Shown: positions 38,526 to 49,209 of the stretch, piece after piece
How the letters are laid out: each line of letters opens with the position of its first letter
Numbering within the stretch: the stretch's first letter is position 1
Assembly (NCBI GenBank): GCA_965230995.1
Contig: OZ246398.1
Span: 211,768 to 275,767, forward strand
Source: an uncultured Candidatus Saccharibacteria bacterium
Lineage (GTDB): Bacteria > Patescibacteriota > Minisyncoccia > Phycocordibacterales > G965230995
Direction of reading: 5' to 3'
DNA: 64,000 nucleotides
Program-made: the position numbers and the translations under genes
Notes under the pieces: generated by a model
Databases searched by the model: none
What the model was told of the DNA's origin: nothing
What the model saw: only the letters and a program-made list of their open reading frames with translations

Positions 38526-39101
38526 ATGGAAAAGAATTTTCAAAAAATAGAAAAAAAGATAAGAGATTTTTATGAGTCTTTTCAGAGGATGCCTTCTTTT
38601 TCAGAATTGGGACAAATTACAGGTTTGCGTTCCAAAAATTCTGTATCTAGATTGGTCAGCAGATTAACCAAAGACGGTTTTATTAAAAAAGATAAAAAAG
38701 GAAAAATAATTCCAAATGAAAATTGGAACGGTATTAGAATGTTCGGTTTGGTAGAAGCGGGTTTTCCTTCGCCTGCTGACGAAGATCAAAGCGATGTAAT
38801 ATCTCTGGATGACTTTCTAATCGAAGATAAAGATTCTAGTTTTATTTTAAAAGTGAAAGGCGATTCTATGATAGAAGCCGGAATTCACGACGGCGATCTT
38901 GTTATCGCTCAAAGGGGTAGAGAAGCAAAAATCGGCGATATCGTCGTAGCAGATGTCGATGGCGGATGGACGATGAAATACCTACGCAAAAAATCTGGCA
39001 AATTATATTTAGAACCAGCAAATAAAAATTACAGAGATATTTATCCAGAAGGGGAACTGTGTATTGGTGCTGTGGTCAAAGCCGTCGTAAGAAAATATTA
39101 A
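38526..39101 (+). CDS. lexA: LexA/UmuD-like S24 repressor
   Basis: N-terminal wHTH (PSFSEL), AGFPSPA cleavage site, GDSM serine, TMK lysine. Confidence 0.85.
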   Translation: MEKNFQKIEKKIRDFYESFQRMPSFSELGQITGLRSKNSVSRLVSRLTKDGFIKKDKKGKIIPNENWNGIRMFGLVEAGFPSPADEDQSDVISLDDFLIEDKDSSFILKVKGDSMIEAGIHDGDLVIAQRGREAKIGDIVVADVDGGWTMKYLRKKSGKLYLEPANKNYRDIYPEGELCIGAVVKAVVRKY

Positions 39102-39102
39102 T

Positions 39103-40338
39103 ATGAAAGCAATTATACATATGGATGCGGATAGTTTTTTTGCTTCTTGCGAAATATCTCGTAATCCAAAATACAAAAATAAACCAGTCGTTGTCGGTGG
39201 TTCTGATCGTGGCATTGCTGTTGCCATCAGTATCGAAGCAAAAAAGAGAGGTCTGTTTCGTGGTATGACAATGAGAGATATGCGTTCTGTTTGCCCGGAT
39301 GTAATTGCTCTACCTGTTGATTTACGGCTGTATGGTCTGTATTCGGATTCTATGATGAATATTGTTCAAAAATATGTTGGAAAAATAGAAAGATACAGTA
39401 TCGATGAATGTTTTGCTGAAATTAAAGTGACTTGTTTGGAAGAAGCCGAAAACATTGCAAAGGTTATAAAAGAAGAAATAAAACAAAAATTAGCAATCAC
39501 TGTTTCGATAGGAATTTCAACTACAAAAGTTTTAGCAAAGATCGCATCAAAGAGAAATAAACCAGACGGCATTTTTGTGTTACCTCCAAAAGGTTCTGTC
39601 GCAGAAACGGTTTTTAGTGACACTTCTGTAGGCAAAGTCTGGGGGATCGGAGGAAAGACAGCTTTGTTCCTTTCATCAAAAGGAATTACGACAATAAAAC
39701 AATTTGTTTCTTTGGATCCATTATTTGTTTCTTCTAATTTTTCTAAACCTCTAAGAGAAATATGGTCTGAATTATCAGGTATATCGGTAATGTGCGTTGA
39801 CGAAGAAAATGTAAAACAAAAAAGCATACAGAAGACCAGAACTTTTAAGCCATCCTCGTCAGATTTGTCTGTAATAAAAACAGAACTTTCACAAAACATA
39901 GAGAGAGCCTTTGCAAAGGCAAGAGGTGTCGGTGTTTCTCCGCGGGTAATGCATATAATGTTAAAGACATCAGAATTCAAATATTTTCGAGAGACAATTA
40001 ATTTTAGTAAAGATTTGATTAACGAAGCTGTTGCTCACAAAGAAGGGGCAGAGGCTTGCGAACGTCTTTGGCAAAAAGGTTTGCTCTATCGAGCAACAGG
40101 GGTGACTTTGTCAGATTTACATCCAATAGGGCTCCAGGTAGATTTGTTTAGCGATAATGCACAAAATAGCAGATTGATTTCAATGATGAATGTGATTGAT
40201 CATGTTTCTGCAAAGTACGGAAAAAAATTAGTTAAATTCGGAACAAGTGTCATAAAAAACCGTCAGTATTTTTATGCCAACCAAAGAGAGGTAGACATAA
40301 AAAGATTAGGGCTCCCTTTTTTAGGCGAAGTCGTTTGA
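39103..40338 (+). CDS. dinB: Y-family DNA polymerase (DinB/UmuC)
   Basis: HMDADSFFASCE, YSIDE, LAKIAS...KPDG, VWGIG. Confidence 0.88.
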   Translation: MKAIIHMDADSFFASCEISRNPKYKNKPVVVGGSDRGIAVAISIEAKKRGLFRGMTMRDMRSVCPDVIALPVDLRLYGLYSDSMMNIVQKYVGKIERYSIDECFAEIKVTCLEEAENIAKVIKEEIKQKLAITVSIGISTTKVLAKIASKRNKPDGIFVLPPKGSVAETVFSDTSVGKVWGIGGKTALFLSSKGITTIKQFVSLDPLFVSSNFSKPLREIWSELSGISVMCVDEENVKQKSIQKTRTFKPSSSDLSVIKTELSQNIERAFAKARGVGVSPRVMHIMLKTSEFKYFRETINFSKDLINEAVAHKEGAEACERLWQKGLLYRATGVTLSDLHPIGLQVDLFSDNAQNSRLISMMNVIDHVSAKYGKKLVKFGTSVIKNRQYFYANQREVDIKRLGLPFLGEVV

Positions 40339-40415
40339 TGTTTGGTCTTTTGTAATTCACATATTATTTTAAAAAAACATTTTGCATATTTTCTTCGTGG
40401 TATAATAAATTGCAA

Positions 40416-41729
40416 ATGGACGACAAAAGCATTCCAATTCCGCCAGCGGGAAATACAAATACAAATATGGCGGACGATCAAAATAACAGTGCACCCAAAA
40501 AGGTATCTGATGAATTTGATTTGTCCTTGATAAAAACCCCTTTTTCACAAAAAGGTGAAATTTCTGGTGAATTTGTCACAAAAGGCAAAGATTTGATATC
40601 GAGAATAGACTCAGGAATTTATGGTGTAGCAAAACCAGAGGCGGCTCCACAGGAAAAAAACGACATAGCAGAACTAGAGGAACCTACCGATAGTTTGCCA
40701 CCCGCCCCAATTTCTAACAAAACACAATCTACTGCAGAAGACGAAGAAGATGCTATTGATTTAGACAAAAACGATCCTTTATTTGTTCTTCCAAAAGTAA
40801 AAAGTGTTCAACCAGAAGAAACTCCAGTTTCAGATCCGTTACCGAAAATAGAAAAACAATTCATACCAGTTGTAAAAGAAGCTGATGATATTAAAGCCGG
40901 TGTAGAATTTGTCCGTGATACAGAAGCCGTCAGAAGGGAATTGGACGATTTGCGAGCAGAAACAGAAAGACTATCCATAAAAAAGAGAAGTCTTCAATCA
41001 GAATTGTATTCTTTACGTGAGAGAAAACAAGAAGTAGAGAGAAACAGAATAGATCTAGAAAAACGTGAAGTAGAAATCGAACAGAGAGAAAAAGAAATTG
41101 AAACAAAGATAAGAGAAACCCTCACAGATGAAGAAAGAAAAAATCTAGAACAAAAGAGATGGGGGCTTGAAGAAGAAAGACAAAGAATAGAAAACGAAAG
41201 ATGGCAGTATGATCAGGTTGTTGGTCAAATCGAATCAGACATTGCCGGAGTGGATGCCGAATTTGCTTCTCAGGGTGAATTGTTGCAAAAAATAACATCC
41301 AACCAGAGAAAGCTCGAGCTTGAAATGAAAAAGATCGATATGGCAAGGAGAAAGAGAGAGATAGAAGAACAGGTTGCCCAGATCGAGGTATTACGTGAAA
41401 AAGTCACAGACAAACAGAAAGAGCTTCGCGACGAGGAAAGAAAACTTCACGATTCTCTGGATATGAACGAAGCAAGAGAAAGAGCTTTGGTTTTGCAAAT
41501 AAAAACCGCCGAAGAAAACGAGCACAGGGCAGAAGATTCCGCAAAAAGACATGAATTTGAAAAACAAAGATGGCAGATGGAAAAAGACAGAAGAGTAGCC
41601 CAAGATTTAGTTTGGAAAATTCAGTCAGATATAAAAATGGTTGAACAAAAAAGAATAGATTGGTCGAGACGAGACGAAAAATTTCAAGAAGCAATTAAAA
41701 AACTTAAGAGCGAGATAATCTCGCTATAA
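40416..41729 (+). CDS. Coiled-coil protein with disordered N-terminus
   Basis: Long E/K/R heptad region with a repeated EKQRW-like motif. Confidence 0.75.
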   Translation: MDDKSIPIPPAGNTNTNMADDQNNSAPKKVSDEFDLSLIKTPFSQKGEISGEFVTKGKDLISRIDSGIYGVAKPEAAPQEKNDIAELEEPTDSLPPAPISNKTQSTAEDEEDAIDLDKNDPLFVLPKVKSVQPEETPVSDPLPKIEKQFIPVVKEADDIKAGVEFVRDTEAVRRELDDLRAETERLSIKKRSLQSELYSLRERKQEVERNRIDLEKREVEIEQREKEIETKIRETLTDEERKNLEQKRWGLEEERQRIENERWQYDQVVGQIESDIAGVDAEFASQGELLQKITSNQRKLELEMKKIDMARRKREIEEQVAQIEVLREKVTDKQKELRDEERKLHDSLDMNEARERALVLQIKTAEENEHRAEDSAKRHEFEKQRWQMEKDRRVAQDLVWKIQSDIKMVEQKRIDWSRRDEKFQEAIKKLKSEIISL

Positions 41730-41730
41730 A

Positions 41731-41961
41731 ATGGGTTTAGTAGATAGACTAAAAAAAATTAGAGAAGACGAAAAATATAATCCAATACTAGCGGTATTGT
41801 TCTTTGTTTCTGTCTTAACATTTATAGGAATAAACCTAGAACATTTTCCAGAGAAGGATTTTAATTTACGTCCGTTTGTGGATGCTACAGCCACAACTTT
41901 TTTGACAGTTCGAGATTTAGCAGGGGAGTCTTTTGGCTTAAACCAAACTCGAAACTTTTAA
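41731..41961 (+). CDS. Small single-TM hypothetical protein
   Basis: Coupled to the previous ORF, one hydrophobic helix. Confidence 0.55.
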   Translation: MGLVDRLKKIREDEKYNPILAVLFFVSVLTFIGINLEHFPEKDFNLRPFVDATATTFLTVRDLAGESFGLNQTRNF

Positions 41962-42081
41962 AATCTTTACACTTGCTTTTTTTGGTGTCAGAGCGGGTTC
42001 TAAAAAGTTTTTTTGAAAGCCCCGTTTGGCGTTCTTTTGCCATGCAATATTTTTTAAAAAAGAAAAGGGTGTTTTTTTGAG

Positions 42082-42090
42082 TTATCCACA
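42082..42090 (+). promoter_or_regulatory. DnaA box upstream of nrdA
   Basis: Perfect TTATCCACA. Confidence 0.55.
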
Positions 42091-42223
42091 GAGTATTTAT
42101 CGGACATAAGGGGTACAATAATTACAACAGTAGGGGTTCAAAGAACATTAGAAAGGTTCGAGATAATCTTCAAAAAACGAAGATTTTTTTGTCCCCCAAA
42201 TTACAAGAAAAAAGAATACAAAT

Positions 42224-44956
42224 ATGGATATAACAATAACAAAGAGAGATGGGACGAAAGAATCTTTCAATGCTGACAGAATCAATCGTTCTATCGAGAG
42301 AGCTTGCGCTGGTCTTCCAGATAGCGTAAGCAAAGTTACCCAGGTTGCAACAGAGACAAGGCTAACCTTGTATAACGGAATTACAACAGAAGAATTAGAT
42401 CAGGCCACAATCAGTGCTGCTTTGCAAAATGTTAAAGATGATCCAGATTACGATATTGTCGCCACAAGACTTCTCCTCAAAACAATTTACAAAGCTGTTC
42501 TCGGTGATTACGACGAAGACAATCGCGAAGAATTACGAAGACTACATCGTGATATGTTCGTGTCTTATGTCCGAAAGGGAATCGAAGAAGGGCTTTTGGA
42601 CAAAAGAATGATGGATCTATTTAATGTTGGTGAACTTTCTATGGCCCTAGAAATTGATAGAGATGAAATATTTACATACGCCGGGCTATCTACTTTAGTC
42701 GACAGATACACAATAAAAGGAAAAAACGGAAAGGCAATCGAAACACCACAGTTTTCTTTTATGAGAATTGCAATGGGGCTTGCATACAACGAAGACAATC
42801 CAACATTGTGGGCAAAAAAGTTTTACGAAAAAATGTCGAAATTGGAATATGTGGCCGGAGGTTCGACAAATATTGGCGCAGGAACATCTAGACCCGCTCT
42901 TTCAAACTGTTTTCTTCTTGAAATTCACGATGATATAGAGCACATTGCAAAATCTGTTTCTGATGTAATTAAAATATCAAAAGCTACAGGGGGAATTGGT
43001 GCTTCGATTACAAAGCTAAGAGCGACAGGTTCTCCGCTTTCGTCAAACAATACGACTTCTTCTGGACCGACACCTTTTGCAAAAATAATCGACACAGCTA
43101 TTAGGGCAATTGCAAGAGCCGGAAAGAAAAAAGGTGCACTCGCTTTCTATATGGAAAACTGGCATATAGATTTTCCAGAATTTTTGGAATGGAAGCATAA
43201 TGCCGGTGATGACTATGTCAGAATGAGAACTGCAAACACCGCAGCCTATCTTTCTGATGAATTTATGAAGAGGGTAGAGAGTGATGATTCTTGGTATATG
43301 TTTGATCCAAAAGAGACCCCAGATCTAAATGAATTGTACGGAAAACAATTTAGCGAAAGATACGCTTTTTATATTGCCAAAGCAGAAAGGGGAGAAATGA
43401 GAATATTTAAAAAAGTCCCAGCAAGAGAGCAATGGCGACAAATAATAACCCAGCTTATGGGTACAGCTCATCCTTGGATTACATGGAAAGACGCAATAAA
43501 CTTGCGAGCGCTAAATAACAATACTGGAACCATCCATATGTCTAATCTCTGTACAGAAATTTGTTTGCCACAGGATAAAGATAATATTGCTGTCTGTAAC
43601 CTTGCGTCTCTAAACTTAGTGACTCATCTTGAGGGAAGGGAAATAAACTGGAGAAGACTTGAAGAAAGCATCAGGCTTGCCATCAGGCAGTTGGATAACT
43701 TGATTGATATAAACGAATTGCCAATTCCGGAAGCTATAAAATCTGACAGAGAAAACCGAGCCGTCGGTCTCGGTGTTATGGGTTTTGCGGATACAGTAGA
43801 GAGACTCGGCTTTGCTTACGACAGCGAAGACGCATACAATTTCTGCGATAAAGTTTTTGAATTTTTCAGTTTTGTTGCAATAGACGAGAGTGCAAACCTG
43901 GCACAGACGAGAGGTTCATACAAACACTTTGTAGGTTCTGGTTGGTCAAAAGGAATGGTGCCGGTTGATTCTATAAAAACACTAGAAGATGGCAGGGGAA
44001 GAACAGTACTCGTCTCGAGAACTGGCCAAAACAACAATTTGGATTGGAATGGTTTGCGAGAAAAAGTCAAGAAAGGAATGAGAAATGCAACACTTATGGC
44101 CGTTGCTCCGAATGCCAACATCGGACTTGTTGCAGGTACAACACCAGGGTTTGATCCTCGATTTGCACAAATATTTTCTCGAAACAAAATTTCCGGAAAA
44201 TATCTCGAGGTAAACAGAAATCTTGTAAAAGATTTAAAGACAATTGGTATTTGGGATGATGTAAAAGAAGGTGTTCTAGAATCGCACGGAGATATTATGG
44301 ATATCGAAGGCATACCTTTTGATATAAAGAAAATTTACAAAACTTCTTTCTCGACATCACCATATGCGTATATCGAGGTTGCAGCCAGGGCCCAGAAATG
44401 GATTGATCAATCATTGTCTAGAAATATGTATCTCCGCTCAAGAGACGTTGAAGAAATTATGAATATTTATAAAGCAGCTTGGGACAAAGGCGTGAAGACT
44501 ACATATTATCTACATATGGAACCTAGACACACTGCTGAACAGAGCACGACTTCTGTAAACAAAGCAAAGAAAATTGGAAAGAAGGGTTTTGGTAGTCTTT
44601 CTTTGATGACTCCAGGAGCAGACGATAGGGTAAAATCAGAGCAGCAAGAAATTTCTCGAGGGCCAGCCGTGGCTTCTCCGTGGACGACTCCAAAGACAGA
44701 CGTTGAACCCGTAATTGCAAAAACAAATCAAGTCGTAACACCAGAAGCAAAAGGATTCGGAGCATTTTCATCAGTAAAACAAACTGAGAATCAAATAAAT
44801 CAAAATACCGTTTTGCAGACTGCACCAAAAGTTGGTTTTGGAATCGTTGCAAACCAGACACAAAATGCAGTTAACCCTTCGCCAATATCTCAAAAGAAAG
44901 ATGTCGATGGACCAGTTGATCCAATGGAATTTCTCGTTTGCGATAGTTGTCAATAA
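42224..44956 (+). CDS. nrdA: Class I ribonucleotide reductase alpha subunit with ATP cone
   Basis: ITKRDG ATP cone, SNCF, SNLCTEI, KTTYY, C-terminal CxxC. Confidence 0.95.
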   Translation: MDITITKRDGTKESFNADRINRSIERACAGLPDSVSKVTQVATETRLTLYNGITTEELDQATISAALQNVKDDPDYDIVATRLLLKTIYKAVLGDYDEDNREELRRLHRDMFVSYVRKGIEEGLLDKRMMDLFNVGELSMALEIDRDEIFTYAGLSTLVDRYTIKGKNGKAIETPQFSFMRIAMGLAYNEDNPTLWAKKFYEKMSKLEYVAGGSTNIGAGTSRPALSNCFLLEIHDDIEHIAKSVSDVIKISKATGGIGASITKLRATGSPLSSNNTTSSGPTPFAKIIDTAIRAIARAGKKKGALAFYMENWHIDFPEFLEWKHNAGDDYVRMRTANTAAYLSDEFMKRVESDDSWYMFDPKETPDLNELYGKQFSERYAFYIAKAERGEMRIFKKVPAREQWRQIITQLMGTAHPWITWKDAINLRALNNNTGTIHMSNLCTEICLPQDKDNIAVCNLASLNLVTHLEGREINWRRLEESIRLAIRQLDNLIDINELPIPEAIKSDRENRAVGLGVMGFADTVERLGFAYDSEDAYNFCDKVFEFFSFVAIDESANLAQTRGSYKHFVGSGWSKGMVPVDSIKTLEDGRGRTVLVSRTGQNNNLDWNGLREKVKKGMRNATLMAVAPNANIGLVAGTTPGFDPRFAQIFSRNKISGKYLEVNRNLVKDLKTIGIWDDVKEGVLESHGDIMDIEGIPFDIKKIYKTSFSTSPYAYIEVAARAQKWIDQSLSRNMYLRSRDVEEIMNIYKAAWDKGVKTTYYLHMEPRHTAEQSTTSVNKAKKIGKKGFGSLSLMTPGADDRVKSEQQEISRGPAVASPWTTPKTDVEPVIAKTNQVVTPEAKGFGAFSSVKQTENQINQNTVLQTAPKVGFGIVANQTQNAVNPSPISQKKDVDGPVDPMEFLVCDSCQ

Positions 44957-44989
44957 TTTTAAAAGTTATTAATTTAATTAAACAAAAAT

Positions 44990-45985
44990 ATGTTACTCGG
45001 AAAAGCGTCACCAGACGATATGAATTTGCACCCCATTAGATATCAGTGGGCTTATGATCTATACAATCAAGCTGTGAGAAATACTTGGTTTCCACACGAG
45101 ATTGCATTAAAGGAAGATTTGGATGATTGGCAGAAAATGACAGAAGACGAAAAACATGCGGTGTCTTTCTTGATGGCATTTTTTAATCCAGCTGAACTAA
45201 TAGTCAACCGTTCAATTGCTCTGGGGCAGTACCCTTATCTAAAATCACCAGAGGCTCATCTGTACCTCGCTAAACAAATGTGGGAAGAAGCAAATCACTG
45301 TGTTTCTTTTGAATATGTTTTGGAAACATTTCCTTTCGACAAAGAAAAAATATACAACGTACATCTAAACACTCCTTCTATGCTCGCAAAGGAAGCATAT
45401 ATAACAAAATATATGAAGAGAATGACTGAGGATGTTTTGGATATAGAATCCAGAGAAGGGAAGAAAGATTTTATCAGAAATCTTGTTGCTACAAATATAG
45501 TGATGGAAGGAATCTGGTTCTATTCTGGTTTTATGGTTGCTCTGTCTTTCAGACAAAGAAATCAGCTTAGAAATTTCGGTTCAATGATTAACTGGGTACT
45601 TAGGGACGAATCATTGCACCTACAATTCGGAATGAATCTCATTCACAATGTTCTAGAAGAAAATGCAGAATTGGTAACAGAGGATTTTGCAAATGAAATA
45701 AGAAATATAATTATCGAAGGAGTAAATCTTGAAAGTGATTACAATAAAGACCTGTTTCCACGGGGAATTCTCGGCCTAAATGCTGACTATGTGAATCAAT
45801 ATGTTCAGTATGTTGCAGACAGAAGACTCGAAGAATTGGGACTTGCAAAACACTACAATGCGACAAACCCAGCAAAATGGATGAGTACAGCAACGGATGT
45901 GTATGAGCTCGTGAATTTCTTTGAAGCACAAAATACAAGCTACGAAGTAGATGGAGGAGGTCACCAAAAGAAAAAAGAAGAATAG
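44990..45985 (+). CDS. nrdB: Ribonucleotide reductase beta subunit, class Ic (R2c) signature
   Basis: FFNPAELIV, EEANHCVSF, EGIWFYSGF, RDESLH, NFFE. Confidence 0.92.
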   Translation: MLLGKASPDDMNLHPIRYQWAYDLYNQAVRNTWFPHEIALKEDLDDWQKMTEDEKHAVSFLMAFFNPAELIVNRSIALGQYPYLKSPEAHLYLAKQMWEEANHCVSFEYVLETFPFDKEKIYNVHLNTPSMLAKEAYITKYMKRMTEDVLDIESREGKKDFIRNLVATNIVMEGIWFYSGFMVALSFRQRNQLRNFGSMINWVLRDESLHLQFGMNLIHNVLEENAELVTEDFANEIRNIIIEGVNLESDYNKDLFPRGILGLNADYVNQYVQYVADRRLEELGLAKHYNATNPAKWMSTATDVYELVNFFEAQNTSYEVDGGGHQKKKEE

Positions 45986-46074
45986 TTAAAAATGATGTTA
46001 TCAACATCAAAGCTATTTTTTTATTTCAAATCAAATATAATATAAACTATATTATAAATTTATATTCTTTCTAA

Positions 46075-48228
46075 ATGAAAAAAACCATCTCGATTATCTC
46101 CCTTTTTTTGTTGTCTCTTGTTTTTGCAACACCTCTATCTGCATACACATGTACAGAACTAACTCAAAATCTAAAATTTGGTTCAAATGATGAAAAAATA
46201 GGTGGAACTGAGGTTTTGCAATTAAAGCAATTTCTAAAAGATGGTGGATATCTAAAAACTAAATTAAATGGTTCGTTTGGAGGTGAGACAACAGTAGCTC
46301 TGCGTAAATTCCAAAAAGAACAAGGTATTATCGCTTCAGGTACTGTTGCAACTGGTTATGGAGCGACGGGTCCGCTTACAAGAGAGAGAATAAAAGCAAT
46401 ATCCTGTTCTACGAACCCGCCAACAGAAGATGATAACGTTCCGACACAACCAACTATAGTTCCAACTATCAATATAACTGCACCAACCTCTGGTTCATTT
46501 GAAGCGGGAAAGAACGTAACTGTAAAATGGACATATACAAATCTTAAGGCGTCAGATACTGTTGATATAGTTCTCAAAAAGGGTAACGAAGAAGTTTTTA
46601 AATTAGAAAAGACGAAAAACGACAAAAATCAGTCAGTTACATTACCGTCAAATTTAACCACGGGATCGGATTACAAGTTTTTTGTTGCTTATACAAATAC
46701 TAAGGGCATAAAATACGAAGGATTCACTAGTAATCTTTATATTAATGGGTTAGTGTTAGATTCAATGTTTGTCTTACCTAAACCAGGAAGCAGTTTTCAA
46801 AGTGGCGGAAAGATAAAGATTGAATTAAAAGAAGCTGTCTCACAGGATGTTAAACTTTCTTTGTTCAAAAAAGAAAACGGGTACGAAGATGTTTTTTATT
46901 ATGCAATGTATAGTACAGATCTAACTGAAAAGAAAACTACTATAAATTTGCCAAAAAATATTTCTTCAGGAAACTATTATTTTAAACTAAATAATAGCAC
47001 GGAAGAGTCCCTTGATGGTATAGGTATTGCCAGTGGCGTATTTACAATAGAAAATAAAAAAGAATTACCAAACATTTCTTTTTATGGAAACGGACCTCAA
47101 AAACCATTAATTATCGGTACTGAAAATAATATAAAATGGACTGCTGAAAATATTGGAAGTAAGGAGTTAAGAGTTGATATGGATTTTTGTGCCCGTTTTT
47201 CTCAAGAAATAAGTGATGTGGAATGTGTAGGAGTAGGAAAAATCTTAGTGTCTGGTAATGGTAGTGGTGAGAAAAATATCTTACCTGTTTTGCCTAATAC
47301 TAAAGTTCCTACCAAATACATTGCCGGATTAGATAAAACAATGATTCCACATTACTTTTCGCTTCTTCCTGGTGAAAAATATGTCGCTTTTTATACTTAC
47401 GAAGATAATAGCGATTATTTAACAAGGGGAAAAATTAAAACTGTATATCCGTTTAATATTGACATGCCAATTACGACAGAAACTGTATCTGCTGGATCTG
47501 AGGTTAAAGTAAATGCCACATCACCGCTTCCAGAAGGCTCCGAAGTTACTGTTTCTGTTGATTTAAAAACTAGCGGTACATCTGAACAAAAGGATTATTT
47601 TGTTGAAAATCTAAAAGTCATAGACGGTAAGATAAGTACTAGTTTTAAAATTCCTGAAATTACAAATTTAGGGGTGGCTATAGTAAAAGTCACCTACAAA
47701 ACCGTAACGATGTTTGCAAAAGTAAATTATAAGGCAAACACAAATAGAAAAGTTTACTTTGGGGAAGGATTACCCAAGAAAGCTAATTATTCAAACATGT
47801 TTTTTTGCGATGTACCGATGAAACTTAGATTAGAAGGATTTCCTTCTTATGATACATTAACTTTCGCAATACCAGTTGGATATGCCTATGATAAATTAGG
47901 TAGGACCGGATATTCTTACAAGAGTGTATCATCCACGATTGATGCTGATGGCTATGCAAATATAACCTTTCCAAAAGCACTGAACGATCTCAAGGGACAT
48001 GAGTTCACTTATATTGATATTATGGGTGCAGATGGAACAAACTATGGAAGTAATTTAGATCGGTTTCGTTTCGAACAAGAAGTAGTAAATGTCAGCCGGC
48101 TTCGATGTATGATGTGGGTAAGAGAAAAAACCACAGCTGTAGAAAATCAAAAAATCAATAGTGTTGCAACAATTATTGAGTCATCAAGAGATATTCTTGA
48201 ATTGATTTTCCACATATTTAAAAGATAA
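46075..48228 (+). CDS. Secreted protein with peptidoglycan-binding domain and Ig-like repeats
   Basis: Signal peptide, L-x-FG...LKQFL...FQ...GPLTR PG-binding motif, beta-rich repeats. Confidence 0.8.
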   Translation: MKKTISIISLFLLSLVFATPLSAYTCTELTQNLKFGSNDEKIGGTEVLQLKQFLKDGGYLKTKLNGSFGGETTVALRKFQKEQGIIASGTVATGYGATGPLTRERIKAISCSTNPPTEDDNVPTQPTIVPTINITAPTSGSFEAGKNVTVKWTYTNLKASDTVDIVLKKGNEEVFKLEKTKNDKNQSVTLPSNLTTGSDYKFFVAYTNTKGIKYEGFTSNLYINGLVLDSMFVLPKPGSSFQSGGKIKIELKEAVSQDVKLSLFKKENGYEDVFYYAMYSTDLTEKKTTINLPKNISSGNYYFKLNNSTEESLDGIGIASGVFTIENKKELPNISFYGNGPQKPLIIGTENNIKWTAENIGSKELRVDMDFCARFSQEISDVECVGVGKILVSGNGSGEKNILPVLPNTKVPTKYIAGLDKTMIPHYFSLLPGEKYVAFYTYEDNSDYLTRGKIKTVYPFNIDMPITTETVSAGSEVKVNATSPLPEGSEVTVSVDLKTSGTSEQKDYFVENLKVIDGKISTSFKIPEITNLGVAIVKVTYKTVTMFAKVNYKANTNRKVYFGEGLPKKANYSNMFFCDVPMKLRLEGFPSYDTLTFAIPVGYAYDKLGRTGYSYKSVSSTIDADGYANITFPKALNDLKGHEFTYIDIMGADGTNYGSNLDRFRFEQEVVNVSRLRCMMWVREKTTAVENQKINSVATIIESSRDILELIFHIFKR

Positions 48229-48233
48229 GTTTA

Positions 48234-48279
48234 AATAAAAAAGGCACGGACGTCGTAGGCGTCCGTGCCTTTTTTTATT
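48234..48279. terminator. Intrinsic terminator
   Basis: aaaaaaggcacggacg...cgtccgtgccttttttt. Confidence 0.85.
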
Positions 48280-48312
48280 GTGATACCACAAAATATAATG
48301 TAGTATAGCGTT

Positions 48313-49182
48313 ATGTCAAAAAAGGCTGATTTTATCGCAAAAGCAGATTCTGGGTATGAACTCATTGATTCAGGAGAAGGCGAAAAGCTCGAACGCTTTG
48401 GAGAATATATTTTGAGGAGACCTGATCCGCAAGCTTTGTGGCAAAAGAAACTCGGCGAAGATATCTGGAATGAAAACCACGGACATTTTTTGTCTTCTAA
48501 AACAGGAGGAAGTTGGAAAAATAAAAAAGTTCCAGAAAAATGGACAGCAAAAATTGCAGACATCACATTTGAACTTTCTCTGTCTACTTTTAAACACGTC
48601 GGAGTTTTTCCAGAACAAATGCCGAATTGGTTATGGATGAGAGATGTGATAAAAAATGCAGGAAGACCAATCAAAGTCTTGAATCTCTTTGGTTATACAG
48701 GAGGGGCTACAATCAGCGCTCTTCTCGCTGGTGCTTCTGTAACTCACATTGACGCTTCGAAAGTTGCACTGACATCTGCAAATAGAAATGCAGAATTATC
48801 AGGCGTGTCGGGTATGCCTGTTCGTTGGATTCCAGAAGATGCAAGAAAGTTTGTCGAACGGGAAATTAGACGTGGTTCAAAATATGATGCCATCATTATG
48901 GATCCACCGTCTTTTGGACACGGAGCAAAAAATGAATTATGGAAAATAGAGGATGATTTGCTACCTTTAATTCAATTAACTTCAAAAATTTTATCTAATG
49001 AACCACTATTTTATATCCTAAACGGATACGCTTCTGGTTTTTCACCTGCTGTTTACAAACAAAATATTGATTGGCTAGAAAAAGAATACGGAGGAAATAT
49101 TGAATACGGAGAATTGTTAATCGAAGAGCGAGGAGGGGATAGACATCTGCCCGCTGGAATTTGCGCTCGCTATTCAAAATAA
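48313..49182 (+). CDS. Class I SAM methyltransferase (RlmI/RlmK-like)
   Basis: HVGVFPEQ, VLNLFGYTG, DPPSFG. Confidence 0.88.
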   Translation: MSKKADFIAKADSGYELIDSGEGEKLERFGEYILRRPDPQALWQKKLGEDIWNENHGHFLSSKTGGSWKNKKVPEKWTAKIADITFELSLSTFKHVGVFPEQMPNWLWMRDVIKNAGRPIKVLNLFGYTGGATISALLAGASVTHIDASKVALTSANRNAELSGVSGMPVRWIPEDARKFVEREIRRGSKYDAIIMDPPSFGHGAKNELWKIEDDLLPLIQLTSKILSNEPLFYILNGYASGFSPAVYKQNIDWLEKEYGGNIEYGELLIEERGGDRHLPAGICARYSK

Positions 49183-49209
49183 TCTATATCTTTGTGATAT
49201 AATTTTCGT

